Assembly: GCA_964423885.1 (NCBI GenBank) | Contig: CAYRGD010000003.1 | Coordinates: 73,270-137,269 of the forward strand | Origin: an uncultured Candidatus Saccharibacteria bacterium | GTDB taxonomy: Bacteria > Patescibacteriota > UBA1384 > JACPKC01 | DNA: 64,000 nt | Reading direction: 5' to 3' | Shown here: in pieces, positions 21,383 to 30,505 of the stretch | Position numbering within the stretch: position 1 is the stretch's first letter | Layout of the letters: the number at the start of each line of letters is the position of its first letter | Notes under the pieces: generated by a model | The model's input: the letters and a program-made list of their open reading frames with translations, nothing else | Told to the model about the DNA's origin: nothing | The model's database searches: none | Made by a program: the position numbers and the translations under genes

Positions 21383-22660
21383 TTAGTCGGCCGTAGGCGG
21401 CGGAAAGGCGCGGGCCAGGGCGGCAACCTGGGTCTTGATCGCGGCAAGCGCCGAGGCGTCGTCGCGCTGCTTGACCGCATCAAGCATGAAGGCGACGAGC
21501 GTATCAACCTGCGCTTCTTTGAATCCCCGCGTCGTGATCGCGGGTGTACCCAAGCGGAGTCCGCTCGGCTTGAAGGGCGGGCTCGGATCGTCCGGGATCG
21601 TGCTCTTGCTGGTGCTCACCCCGATCGTGTCGAAGATCCGCTCGGCCTCCCGCCCGTCGATCCCCCAGGATTTGAGACAGTCGATTACCATGAGGTGGTT
21701 GTCGGTGCCGCCAGTGACCAAGTTCGCGCCGCTGGCCAGGAATTGCTGGGCCATGCGCTTCGCATTCGCAAGTGTCTGCGCGGCGTAGGTTTTGTACTCG
21801 TCGGTCTGCGCCTCGCCTAAAGCGACGGCGATGCCCGCGACGGCGTTCATGTGCGGCCCGCCCTGGAAGCCAGGGAAGACGGCGCGGTCGATGAGGGTTG
21901 GTAGGTTTTCGATCGTTTTCTCTGGTGCCTTAAGCGGGTTGCCGACGGTGCCCTTTGACAGGATAAGGCCACCGCGCGGGCCGCGGAGCGTCTTGTGCGT
22001 AGTGGTCGTCATGACGTGGAAGCCGTGGTCGAGCGGGTTGTCGAACAAGCCGGCGGCGATGAAACCGGCGATGTGGGCCATGTCGGCCATCGCCACCGCG
22101 CCTACGTCCTTGGCGATGGCAGCGATCCGGGCGTAATCGATCGTCCGCGGGTAAGCGGAAAAGCCCGCTAGGATGATCTTGGGCTGTTCTTTGTTGGCAA
22201 CCGCCTCGAGCTCGTCGTAATCGATCTCGCCCGTCGCCACGTCCTTCATCCCGTACCGCACGAAGCGATAGAGCTTGCTCATGTACGTAACCGGCGCCCC
22301 GTGCGTCAGGTGGCCGCCATGGCTCAAATCCATGCCCAGGACCGTATCGCCAGGCTCGAGCCAGGCGAAGTAGACGGCGACGTTGGCCGGTGCGCCCGAC
22401 AAGGGCTGGACGTTGGCGTGGTCGGCGCGGAAGAGCGTTTTGGCGCGGTCGATCGTGAGCTGCTCGAGCTGGTCGGTGTAGGTCTGGCCGCCGTAGTAGC
22501 GTTTGCCGGGATAGCCCTCGGCGTACTTGTTCGTAAAGACGCTGCCGAGCGCATCAAGTACGCCTTGGCTCACGTAGTTTTCGCTCGCGATGAGGCATAA
22601 CTCGTCGCGTTGCCGAACGGCTTCGAGCGCGATCAGATCGGGGACCGACGGTTCGGACAT
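21383..22660 (-). CDS. glyA: Serine hydroxymethyltransferase
   Basis: LIASEN, NKYAEGYPGKRYYGG and TTTHKTLRGPRGG motifs. Confidence 0.96.
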   Translation of the reverse strand: MSEPSVPDLIALEAVRQRDELCLIASENYVSQGVLDALGSVFTNKYAEGYPGKRYYGGQTYTDQLEQLTIDRAKTLFRADHANVQPLSGAPANVAVYFAWLEPGDTVLGMDLSHGGHLTHGAPVTYMSKLYRFVRYGMKDVATGEIDYDELEAVANKEQPKIILAGFSAYPRTIDYARIAAIAKDVGAVAMADMAHIAGFIAAGLFDNPLDHGFHVMTTTTHKTLRGPRGGLILSKGTVGNPLKAPEKTIENLPTLIDRAVFPGFQGGPHMNAVAGIAVALGEAQTDEYKTYAAQTLANAKRMAQQFLASGANLVTGGTDNHLMVIDCLKSWGIDGREAERIFDTIGVSTSKSTIPDDPSPPFKPSGLRLGTPAITTRGFKEAQVDTLVAFMLDAVKQRDDASALAAIKTQVAALARAFPPPTAD

Positions 22661-22675
22661 GGTACTCCTTGCGTA

Positions 22676-24022
22676 TTACGCGGTTGGCGTGAGCGCTGCG
22701 GCGGCGACCGCTGCCCGCCCGACCGACAGGTACGTGAAACCGAGTTCGCGCATCCGAGCAGGATCGTACAAGTTGCGGCCGTCGACGACCCGAGGTACGG
22801 CCAAGACGTCTTTCAGACGCCCAAGATCGGCCGAGCGGAACTCCTCCCATTCGGTCAGGATGACCAGCAGGTCTGCGCCGCTGGCTGCTGCGTAGGCGTC
22901 GGCGGCAAATTCGATGTCCGGCAACTTTGGCTTGGCCTGACTGGCTGCGATCGGGTCATACGCGCGGACCTTCGCGCCGCGCCGGACAAGGTCGGGAATG
23001 ATATCGAGCGCCGGCGCCTCGCGGACGTCGTCGGTGTTCGCCTTGAAGGCTAGTCCCCAAACAGCGACTGTCGCACCGTTGAGCGACGGGACGAGCGCCG
23101 AGGCCTGTTCGACCAGCCGGCGCCGTTGGCTGAAGTTGACTGCCTCGACGGCGTCGAGCAGGCCGGATCCGACACCGGCCCCACGGGCCATGCTGATGAG
23201 CGCGCGGACGTCTTTGGGGAAGCACGAACCGCCGTAGCCGACACCGGCGTGCAGGCTTGCCCGCCGCCCGATGCGGCTGTCCAGGCGCATGCCCTCGCTC
23301 ACTTTCGTGACATCGGCGCCGACCGATTCCGCCAGTTCGGCGATCGAATTGATAAAGCTGATTTGCGTGGCAAGGTAGGCGTTGGCGGCGTACTTCGTGA
23401 GCTCGGCGGTCCGGCGGTCGCTGGCGACGACGGGAGCGTTGAGCGGGGCGTAGATGCCGGCCAGGAGCTCGAGGGCTGTGACGTCGTCCGTGCCAAGCAC
23501 GATTCGGTCGGGACGGAGGAAATCATCGACGGCGGAGCCCTCGCGCAGGAATTCGGGATTGTTCACGACCCGCACCGCGTTGCCAGCGGTGCGGCGCAGG
23601 ATCGCCTCGACGCGGTCCCCGGTGCCGACGGGCACCGTGCTCTTGATCGCGACGACCGGCGGCGGCTGCCGGCCCGAGCGTTCGAGCGCCTCGCCGACCG
23701 ACTGAGCGGCCTGGTCGATATAGCGGAGGTCGGCGCTGCCGTCGGGCAGGCTCGGGGTGCCGACCGCAATGAACACTGCCGCTGCCTCGCGGATCCCGTC
23801 GGCGATGTCGGTCGTGAACCGCAGGCTGCCCTTGTCGCGGTTTATGCGCAGGAGTTCGGCGAGACCTGGTTCATGGATCGGACTGGCGCCCCGGTTGAGA
23901 CTTTCCACCTTCGCCGCGTCGATGTCGATGCCGACGACACGGTGGCCGAGCTCGGCCAGACAGGCGGCCTGCACGAGCCCGACGTAGCCGGTTCCTAGGA
24001 CAGCGATCGGATACGGTGTCAT
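22676..24022 (-). CDS. ugd: UDP-glucose 6-dehydrogenase
   Basis: GTGYVGL, KSTVPVGT, NPEFLREG, GYGGSCFPKD and GLAFKANTDD motifs. Confidence 0.92.
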   Translation of the reverse strand: MTPYPIAVLGTGYVGLVQAACLAELGHRVVGIDIDAAKVESLNRGASPIHEPGLAELLRINRDKGSLRFTTDIADGIREAAAVFIAVGTPSLPDGSADLRYIDQAAQSVGEALERSGRQPPPVVAIKSTVPVGTGDRVEAILRRTAGNAVRVVNNPEFLREGSAVDDFLRPDRIVLGTDDVTALELLAGIYAPLNAPVVASDRRTAELTKYAANAYLATQISFINSIAELAESVGADVTKVSEGMRLDSRIGRRASLHAGVGYGGSCFPKDVRALISMARGAGVGSGLLDAVEAVNFSQRRRLVEQASALVPSLNGATVAVWGLAFKANTDDVREAPALDIIPDLVRRGAKVRAYDPIAASQAKPKLPDIEFAADAYAAASGADLLVILTEWEEFRSADLGRLKDVLAVPRVVDGRNLYDPARMRELGFTYLSVGRAAVAAAALTPTA

Positions 24023-24076
24023 CGTACGGCCTATGCTAGCTGCGCCGCACCTTCCGGACAACCCGGCCGCGACGCG

Positions 24077-24601
24077 TCAAAAGCGGATGAAGCGCAGAAA
24101 GCGGTCGGCCAGCTCCTCGCCGCGGGTCGTGCGTTCGGGCAGGTGTTGGGCGAGCCGGGCTCGCACCTCGGCCGGCTCGACATTAGCCAGATGGACCGTG
24201 CGGATCGGCAGCAACCGATTGGTGGTTTCCAGGTATAAGTGACCGCCGCGCGGCTCATCGATGAGCCAGAAGGACTTGAGCTGCGACCACGCATAGACGG
24301 TCGCGCCCGCCGTGAAGCCGGTTGCGTCCACGGTGTAGCGGATATCGTCGGGCCGCTTGCGCGCCTGCTGGATAAAGACGGCGGTACCCACCACCGCCAC
24401 CGCGAGCGCCGAGTAATCTTTGAGCCACAGGAACACGCCGGCGAACGCGAGCCCTACCACAGTCGCCCCGGCAATCCACAGCCATGACTTTTCGTAGTAC
24501 GCGAATGCGGGCGCTTCCCAGGCGATCCGCGAGGTGTCCGCCGCCCCGGCCGAGAGTTCGTCGACCGCTGCCGCCGGTTTCGTGCGTTTCGTCGATGCCA
24601 T
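24077..24601 (-). CDS. Conserved CPR membrane protein (DUF5673-like)
   Basis: WEAPAF..YEK..W motif, two TM helices and a LKSFW motif. Confidence 0.65.
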   Translation of the reverse strand: MASTKRTKPAAAVDELSAGAADTSRIAWEAPAFAYYEKSWLWIAGATVVGLAFAGVFLWLKDYSALAVAVVGTAVFIQQARKRPDDIRYTVDATGFTAGATVYAWSQLKSFWLIDEPRGGHLYLETTNRLLPIRTVHLANVEPAEVRARLAQHLPERTTRGEELADRFLRFIRF

Positions 24602-24666
24602 GATGCATCCAGTATACCAGCTCGCCTCGACAGCGGTTGTCCGCCGCAGGTACACTCCTGCGTGAG

Positions 24667-24756
24667 GGAGAGGTGGCCGAGCGGTTGAAGGCGGCGGTCT
24701 TGAAAACCGTTAGGCGCGTAAGCGTCTCGTGGGTTCGAATCCCACCCTCTCCGCCA
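24667..24756 (+). tRNA. tRNA-Ser (anticodon TGA)
   Basis: Acceptor stem GGAGAGG/CCTCTCC, anticodon arm GCGGT-CTTGAAA-ACCGT, long variable arm, GTTCGAATC and encoded CCA. Confidence 0.96.
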
Positions 24757-24828
24757 ATCGTACGTCTGCTACAATCCGGCCAGTATCGGAGGGTTGCGGC
24801 GCGTACAGGCGCGCGCGGAAGGATTCGC

Positions 24829-25128
24829 ATGAAAGGGTTTGTAGAATTTATCCGGGAGCAGGGCGTGGTCGGTTTGGCGGTCGGTTTTATCCTCGGCGGT
24901 TCCGTGGCGAAGGTCGTCACGGCGCTGGTCGACGACATCGTCAATCCGATCCTCGGGATCCTGCTCGGCTCGGCCGGCGGCCTGCGGGCGGCGTCGGTCC
25001 AGATGGGCTCGGCGACGCTCAAGTACGGCGACCTGTTGAGCGTGCTCATCGACTTTTTGGTGGTGGCGTCGGTGGTCTACTTCGGCGTGAAGGGCCTGGG
25101 CCTCGACCGGCTCGACCGGAAGAAGTAA
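24829..25128 (+). CDS. mscL: Large-conductance mechanosensitive channel
   Basis: F.EFI...VVGLAVGFILG...LVDDIVNP and YG..L...IDF motifs. Confidence 0.9.
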   Translation: MKGFVEFIREQGVVGLAVGFILGGSVAKVVTALVDDIVNPILGILLGSAGGLRAASVQMGSATLKYGDLLSVLIDFLVVASVVYFGVKGLGLDRLDRKK

Positions 25129-25201
25129 GCCGCTTCCCTCTGTCTGCTCCGCGCAAGATATGGTTAGATAGCCCAAAGTAGCCACAAAACGCGAGGTACC
25201 T

Positions 25202-25450
25202 ATGGCAGGAAACGCACTGCAGAAACCGGTAAACGTCAGCGAGACATTAGCAGCAGTCGTCGGCGCAGGGCCGATGCCGCGCTCCGAGGTGACCAAGAAG
25301 ATCTGGGAATACATCAAGGCGCACAACCTGCAGGATCCGACCAACAAGCGCAACATCAATGCCGACGATGCGTTAAAGGCCGTGTTCGACGGCAAGGCTG
25401 TCGTCAACATGTTCGAAATGACCAAGTTGGTCTCGGCGCACCTCTCCTAA
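25202..25450 (+). CDS. Stand-alone SWIB/MDM2 domain protein
   Basis: PRSEVTKKIWEYIK.HNLQDP.NKR.I.AD..L motif. Confidence 0.92.
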   Translation: MAGNALQKPVNVSETLAAVVGAGPMPRSEVTKKIWEYIKAHNLQDPTNKRNINADDALKAVFDGKAVVNMFEMTKLVSAHLS

Positions 25451-25459
25451 GAGGGGCCT

Positions 25460-25549
25460 GGAAGGGTCGCATAGTGGCCGAGTGCGCGCGCTTGGAAAGC
25501 GCGTAGGCCCGCAAGGGTCTCGAGGGTTCGAATCCCTCCCCTTCCGCCA
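25460..25549 (+). tRNA. tRNA-Ser (anticodon GGA)
   Basis: Acceptor stem GGAAGGG/CCCTTCC, anticodon arm CGCGC-TTGGAAA-GCGCG, long variable arm, GTTCGAATC and CCA. Confidence 0.96.
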
Positions 25550-25565
25550 GAAATCCACACGAGCC

Positions 25566-25931
25566 ATGACACAGGCTGCATTCACGACGATCGACACATA
25601 CATCGCAGCCGCCCAACCCGCAGCGCAGCCGGTCTTGGAGCGAATCCGGACGATCGTCCGCCGCCTGGCGCCGACGGCGGCCGAAGCGATCAGCTACGGG
25701 ATGCCGACGTTCAAGCTCGACGGCAAAAACCTTGTTCACTTCGCGGCGTTCACGCACCATATCGGCCTCTACCCGACCCCGTCGGGGACAGCGGCGTTCG
25801 CGAGCCGGTTGGCCCCGTACAAATTCGCCAAGGGCTCGATCCGGTTCCAGATCGACGAACCGATCCCGTACGACCTCATTGAGGATATCGTCATCTTCCG
25901 GATCAGGGAGTGCCAGGGTGCGGAGGCGTGA
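25566..25931 (+). CDS. DUF1801 (YdhG-like) protein
   Basis: TIDTYI, EAISYGMPTF and HFAAF..HIGLYP motifs. Confidence 0.85.
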   Translation: MTQAAFTTIDTYIAAAQPAAQPVLERIRTIVRRLAPTAAEAISYGMPTFKLDGKNLVHFAAFTHHIGLYPTPSGTAAFASRLAPYKFAKGSIRFQIDEPIPYDLIEDIVIFRIRECQGAEA

Positions 25932-26239
25932 TGGACTACGGTGAGTTCAAGGCCGGTGTCTACCGCCATTTCAAGGGGCCGATGTATATGGTACTCGGCC
26001 TCGGCAAGGACGCGAACGACGACAACCGCAAGGTCGTGATCTATATCGGTTTGGAACTCGACGAGCAGAAAACCGGTCCGCGCATCTCGGTCCGTACCTA
26101 CGAGAACTTCTACTGCTACGTCGATCCGACCACGAAAGCGACCGTTGGCAAGCACGATCCCGGCGCCGTGCCGCGGTTCGCCTACGTCGGTCCGACCTGG
26201 GAAGGCATCCGTGATCCGGCAGACCAGCCAGGCGCGTAA
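25931..26239 (+). CDS. DUF1653 family protein
   Basis: G.YRHFKG..Y.V motif and C-terminal PRF. Confidence 0.75.
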   Translation: MDYGEFKAGVYRHFKGPMYMVLGLGKDANDDNRKVVIYIGLELDEQKTGPRISVRTYENFYCYVDPTTKATVGKHDPGAVPRFAYVGPTWEGIRDPADQPGA

Positions 26240-26504
26240 GCGGCTGCTCGTCATTCCGGGCGTCGGTACATCGATCGCGCAGGATCTGCACGATATCGGC
26301 ATCGAATCCGTCGATGATCTCAAAGGCAAAGATCCTCAAGCGCTCTACGACGAATCCAACGCGTTCGCCGGAGCCGTTCAGGACCGTTGCTTGCTGTACG
26401 TCTTTCGCTGCGCTGTCTATTACGCCGAGGGCGGTCGGGATTCCGAGAAGCTCAAGTGGTGGAACTGGAAAGACGCCGGCGGAACAGCTACCCTTGCGCC
26501 ATGA
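26211..26504 (+). CDS. Helix-hairpin-helix protein (Cdd1/pathogenicity-locus family)
   Basis: IPGVG.SIA.DL..IG, QDRCLLYVFRCAVYYA and KWWNWKD motifs. GTG start inferred. Confidence 0.8.
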   Translation: MIRQTSQARKRLLVIPGVGTSIAQDLHDIGIESVDDLKGKDPQALYDESNAFAGAVQDRCLLYVFRCAVYYAEGGRDSEKLKWWNWKDAGGTATLAP

Positions 26505-27037
26505 CACAACCACAACTGGCAACCTTCGGTGCAGGGTGTTTTTGGGGGACGGAAGCGGCGGCCAAAAAGCTGCCGGGCATCCTCAAAACCGAGGCCGGCT
26601 ACATGGGCGGCTCGACCGAGGCCCCGAGCTACGAGGACGTGCTCACCGACACGACCGGCCATGTCGAGGTGGTGCAGGTGACGTTCGATCCGGCAGCCGT
26701 CAGCTACCGCCAGCTGCTCGAGCTGTTCTGGCTCATCCACAACCCGACGCAAGGCAACCGGCAGGGCAACGATGTCGGGACGCAGTACCGGTCGGTGATC
26801 TTTTACCATTCCGACGAGCAGTGCCGCGACGCCGAGGCGTCCAAGGCCGAGTTGTCGGCATCCGGCTTGTACGCGGAGCCGATCACGACGGCGATCGAAC
26901 CGGCCGGCACTTTTTGGAAGGCCGAGGACTACCACCAGCAGTACCTCGCGAAAAATCCTGGCGGCTACTGCCACGTCAATATGGGCAAGGTGAACGAGTT
27001 CGTCGCCAAGGAGTTCGGCGGTGCGCATGGCGCATAG
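26501..27037 (+). CDS. msrA: Peptide-methionine (S)-S-oxide reductase
   Basis: GCFWG, TGHVE, RQGNDVGTQYRS, AEDYHQQY and GYCH motifs. Confidence 0.95.
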   Translation: MTQPQLATFGAGCFWGTEAAAKKLPGILKTEAGYMGGSTEAPSYEDVLTDTTGHVEVVQVTFDPAAVSYRQLLELFWLIHNPTQGNRQGNDVGTQYRSVIFYHSDEQCRDAEASKAELSASGLYAEPITTAIEPAGTFWKAEDYHQQYLAKNPGGYCHVNMGKVNEFVAKEFGGAHGA

Positions 27038-27521
27038 CGACGCGGCTACGGTCGACGACTACCTGGCCGAGTTATCCGACGAGCAGCGCGACACCGTCGC
27101 GGCGGTGCGCGGAGCGATCCTGCGGCACCTGCCCAAGGGATACGAGGAAGGCATGCGCTGGGGCATGATCGCGTACACGGTCCCGCTTGCCCGGTATCCG
27201 GATACGTACAACGGCCAGCCGCTCGAGCTGGCCGGTCTGGCCGTACAGCGGCACGGGTACAGCCTGTACCTTATGAGCGTGTACAGCCACGAACCGACGA
27301 AGCGCTGGTTTGAGCAGGAGTGGACGAAGACCGGCAAGCCGCTCCGGATGGGTAAGTCGTGCGTGCGGTTCAAGCGACTCGACGACATACCGCTCGAGCT
27401 TATCGGCCAGTTGATCGCGCGGGTACCGGTCGACGACTACCTTGCGTACTACGAGCAGACGCTGGATGCCCGCAGCAAACGCACGAAAGGCAGCGGCGTA
27501 CGCGGAAAGGACATAGCATGA
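27027..27521 (+). CDS. DUF1801 family protein
   Basis: TVDDYL, YEEGMRWGMI.Y, YNGQPL and MGKSCVRF motifs. Confidence 0.8.
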   Translation: MAHSDAATVDDYLAELSDEQRDTVAAVRGAILRHLPKGYEEGMRWGMIAYTVPLARYPDTYNGQPLELAGLAVQRHGYSLYLMSVYSHEPTKRWFEQEWTKTGKPLRMGKSCVRFKRLDDIPLELIGQLIARVPVDDYLAYYEQTLDARSKRTKGSGVRGKDIA

Positions 27522-27847
27522 TCACGTACGACGACTTCGCGAAACTCGACATCCGGATCGGTACCGTGGTAGGTGCCGAGCGGATCGAGGGTGCGGATAC
27601 GTTGCTGAAGCTCATGGTTGATCTGGGCGAGGAAGCGCCCCGGCAGATCGTGGCCGGTATCGCGCCGATCATTTCCGAACCGGGCGAGCTTATCGGGAAA
27701 CAGATGCCGATCCTTACGAATCTCGAACCACGGACGATCCGAGGTGTTGAGAGCCAAGGGATGATCCTGGCGGCCGGCGATGCGAACGATCTGCCGGTCC
27801 TCCTGCATCCCGCCCGTGAATTGCCAGCCGGCAGCGAAGTCCGATAA
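27518..27847 (+). CDS. tRNA-binding OB-fold protein (Trbp111/CsaA/MetRS C-terminal-like)
   Basis: DDFAKLDIRIG, RQIVAGI and NLEPR..RGVESQGMIL motifs. Confidence 0.9.
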   Translation: MITYDDFAKLDIRIGTVVGAERIEGADTLLKLMVDLGEEAPRQIVAGIAPIISEPGELIGKQMPILTNLEPRTIRGVESQGMILAAGDANDLPVLLHPARELPAGSEVR

Positions 27848-27862
27848 TCCAAAGGAGCCTCT

Positions 27863-28258
27863 ATGGATGAAGCCGAAAAGAAAAAGCTGACCGAGAAGCT
27901 GACGCCCGAGGAGTACGAGATTACCCAGAGCGCCGGCACCGAAGCGCCGTTCACAGGAAAGTACTACTCGCATCACGAACGTGGTATGTATGCCTGCAAG
28001 GTGTGCGGACACGAGTTGTTCGGATCCGACACGAAGTTCGATTCCGGCACCGGCTGGCCGAGTTTCACCGAGCCTGCGAACTTAGCGAACATCGAATTGG
28101 TTCCGGACGATACCCACGGGATGCACCGAACCGAGGTGCGGTGCAAGCACTGCGGCGCGCATCTGGGCCACGTGTTCGACGACGGTCCGCGCGACCGCGG
28201 CGGCAAACGCTACTGCATCAATTCCTGCTCGCTCGATTTCAAACAGGCTGACGCCTAG
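27863..28258 (+). CDS. msrB: Peptide-methionine (R)-S-oxide reductase
   Basis: TEAPFTG, KFDSGTGWPSF, HLGHVFDDGP and RYCINS motifs; two CxxC. Confidence 0.95.
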   Translation: MDEAEKKKLTEKLTPEEYEITQSAGTEAPFTGKYYSHHERGMYACKVCGHELFGSDTKFDSGTGWPSFTEPANLANIELVPDDTHGMHRTEVRCKHCGAHLGHVFDDGPRDRGGKRYCINSCSLDFKQADA

Positions 28259-30435
28259 GCGCTCGGCGTCGGGCGCTGCCGTAAGCCGTAGGTCTGGATC
28301 GCCTGGCGGAACGTCTGTTCGACGTTCCGGTACTGGGCGTACAACTCCTCGCTCGCGTCTTTCGTGAGCCAGGACGAACGGATCGCCTGGTCGAACGATT
28401 TGTCGCCGAGGATGACTTGATCGAAGAGCCCGACCAGCGTGCCGAGCGCCGTGTGCCGGCGTTCCTGTTCGAGGCGCTGCTGGCTCACGAGTTGTTCGAG
28501 TTGCCGCTTGAAGGCGTCGAACTGCGGTTTCAATTTGCCGGGATCGGTCACGTCGACCTGGCCGAGGTCGAGCGAGACGAGTTCGGCGGCCCGGCGCAGA
28601 TCCGGGAGTTTGAGGAGGAGGAGCTTCGACCGCCGCTCGATTTCTTCGTGCTGCCGGGGATTGCCGCGGGCGAGCGGCAAGAGGCCGAAGCCCTGTTGCT
28701 GCCCGGCGAGCCGCTCGAGCTCGTTCACGAGTTCCATGGCGTCGTCGACCAGGGCGAGCGCGGCGAGCGCGGCTTTCACGTCGGCCTGGCTTTCCTCGTA
28801 GTCCCGCGTGAGATCCAGCTGGGTGCGGGCGAGCTCGGCCAGCCGCTGCCGCGCCTGCGCGACCGCTTGGTCGGCCTGCTTCTGCTGTCCGGCGATATGC
28901 TTGCCGAGCGCGGCAGCGAGTTCGCCGATCAGATCCTTGGCCCGCGCCTGCTCGAGCGTGCCGGCCGGCACGACGCCGGCCACCGCCTCGCAGGACAGCG
29001 CCAGCCAGGCCGGCCACGGCTCCGGGCTGTGCAGGTTCCGTACCCGTTCCCGCGCCTCGCGTGCCGCTAAGAGCAGTTGGTAGACACCCAGGAACGGCTC
29101 CGTCCGGCTTGTGAGGTACCGCCCAGCCTGTTCCGGGGTGCCGCCCAACTGGGCGTGCTCGATGCGGAACGGTTCGAGCGCTTGCTTCGGGTCGCCGGCC
29201 AGGCCGACGAGCAGCGCGAATGACAACAGGTCGTTGTAGCCGCGGATCGCCGGCGTGAGCGCCGGCTTTTTCGTCTGCTGCAGCGCCAGCTGGGCCTTCA
29301 TGTGCGCGGCCAGACGGACCAGGTCGACGGCCGGCTGCTGCGTCATTTTCTGGAGCGCGCCGGTGAGCGACTTGGCCAGGCCGGTCGCGGTCGTGCCGGC
29401 AGTTTGGGTGCGCTCGCCGCTCGCGAGCACCTGGTCGAGCGCGATATCGAAGAACGTGCCCGCTGCCCGGCGCAGGAGCAATTCCGTCGGCGTCCGTTCG
29501 GTGATGCCATGCAGGGCGACGACGCAGTCGGCGACCGTGTTCCGTGCGGCGTCGACCGCGGTTTCCTCGGCGGTCAGCCGGTCGGTGATCCGGCGGTCAG
29601 CGAGTAAGGTGTCGATCTCGCTGCCGGTCCGGTCGAGCTGGTCGATCACGGTTGCCGCCTTGCCGCCCAGCGCTTCCAGATCCTGGTACTTCGTCCGGAT
29701 CCGGTCGGCCAACAACTCGAGTTCGCTCGACTGGAGCGTCTCAGGATCGACGGATAAGCCGACTTCCTTGGCCGGTTCTTGGATGATGCCCAACACATCC
29801 CGTTTCCAGGCGCCGTAGAGTTCGTCGGTCCGGGTGCGTGCGGCCTGCTCCCGTTCGATCGCGCGCTGGGTGCGGAGCTCGACCTCGCCGAACCGCTGTG
29901 TCCCGAGCTCACCGCCGCCGAACTCAGCGACCATGGCGTCCCGCTGCGTGGCCAGGTCGGCCAGGAACTGTTCGAGTTCGCCGGCCGTCTGTTCGGTGCG
30001 GGCCGTCTGCGTCTCCAGCGCGAAGCCTCGTTCCTTGAGCTCGGGTACCAGTGGCTCCATGCCCGTGATAAGCGAGCGCAGGCGGGCCAGGCGTTCGGGA
30101 AAGTGGCGGGCCTCGGTTTCAGTGAGCGCGAGCGCCGACAGCGCCTCGGCGTGGTCACGGTGGGCGCGGCGCAAACGGGTCAGCTCTACGAGCTTGGCCT
30201 GTAATTCGCGCTCGATCCGCTCCTGTTCCTCGCGTTCGGCTGCGGCTTTGGCCCGGAACTCCGCCACGAGCTCGCGCGGGTCGAACGGCGTGCCGTCGGC
30301 CGGTTCTGCCGGCATGGGCGCCTCGGCTGCTTCCGGCACGACTGCCGGCTCGGGGCCGGTAAGCGGCGGCGTATCGAAGACCGACAGGAACGGGGCGTCG
30401 CTCTCGTCGGCGGTCGGGACGGTTGTCTCGCTCAC
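28255..30435 (-). CDS. Hypothetical long coiled-coil protein
   Basis: 726 aa with E/Q/L/A/R-rich heptad-like composition; SD GGAGG before a GTG start. Confidence 0.7.
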   Translation of the reverse strand: MSETTVPTADESDAPFLSVFDTPPLTGPEPAVVPEAAEAPMPAEPADGTPFDPRELVAEFRAKAAAEREEQERIERELQAKLVELTRLRRAHRDHAEALSALALTETEARHFPERLARLRSLITGMEPLVPELKERGFALETQTARTEQTAGELEQFLADLATQRDAMVAEFGGGELGTQRFGEVELRTQRAIEREQAARTRTDELYGAWKRDVLGIIQEPAKEVGLSVDPETLQSSELELLADRIRTKYQDLEALGGKAATVIDQLDRTGSEIDTLLADRRITDRLTAEETAVDAARNTVADCVVALHGITERTPTELLLRRAAGTFFDIALDQVLASGERTQTAGTTATGLAKSLTGALQKMTQQPAVDLVRLAAHMKAQLALQQTKKPALTPAIRGYNDLLSFALLVGLAGDPKQALEPFRIEHAQLGGTPEQAGRYLTSRTEPFLGVYQLLLAAREARERVRNLHSPEPWPAWLALSCEAVAGVVPAGTLEQARAKDLIGELAAALGKHIAGQQKQADQAVAQARQRLAELARTQLDLTRDYEESQADVKAALAALALVDDAMELVNELERLAGQQQGFGLLPLARGNPRQHEEIERRSKLLLLKLPDLRRAAELVSLDLGQVDVTDPGKLKPQFDAFKRQLEQLVSQQRLEQERRHTALGTLVGLFDQVILGDKSFDQAIRSSWLTKDASEELYAQYRNVEQTFRQAIQTYGLRQRPTPSA

Positions 30436-30505
30436 GGGTACCTCCAGCCTTGTCAGCTTGCCTGTTTGTATAGATACTCAACGAGCTTCGTCAAGGCGGT
30501 GGCGC

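Noticed and set aside
22661-22675. Folate/ZTP riboswitch upstream of glyA-folD
   Set aside because: Only about 15 nt separate ugd and glyA, enough for an SD only.
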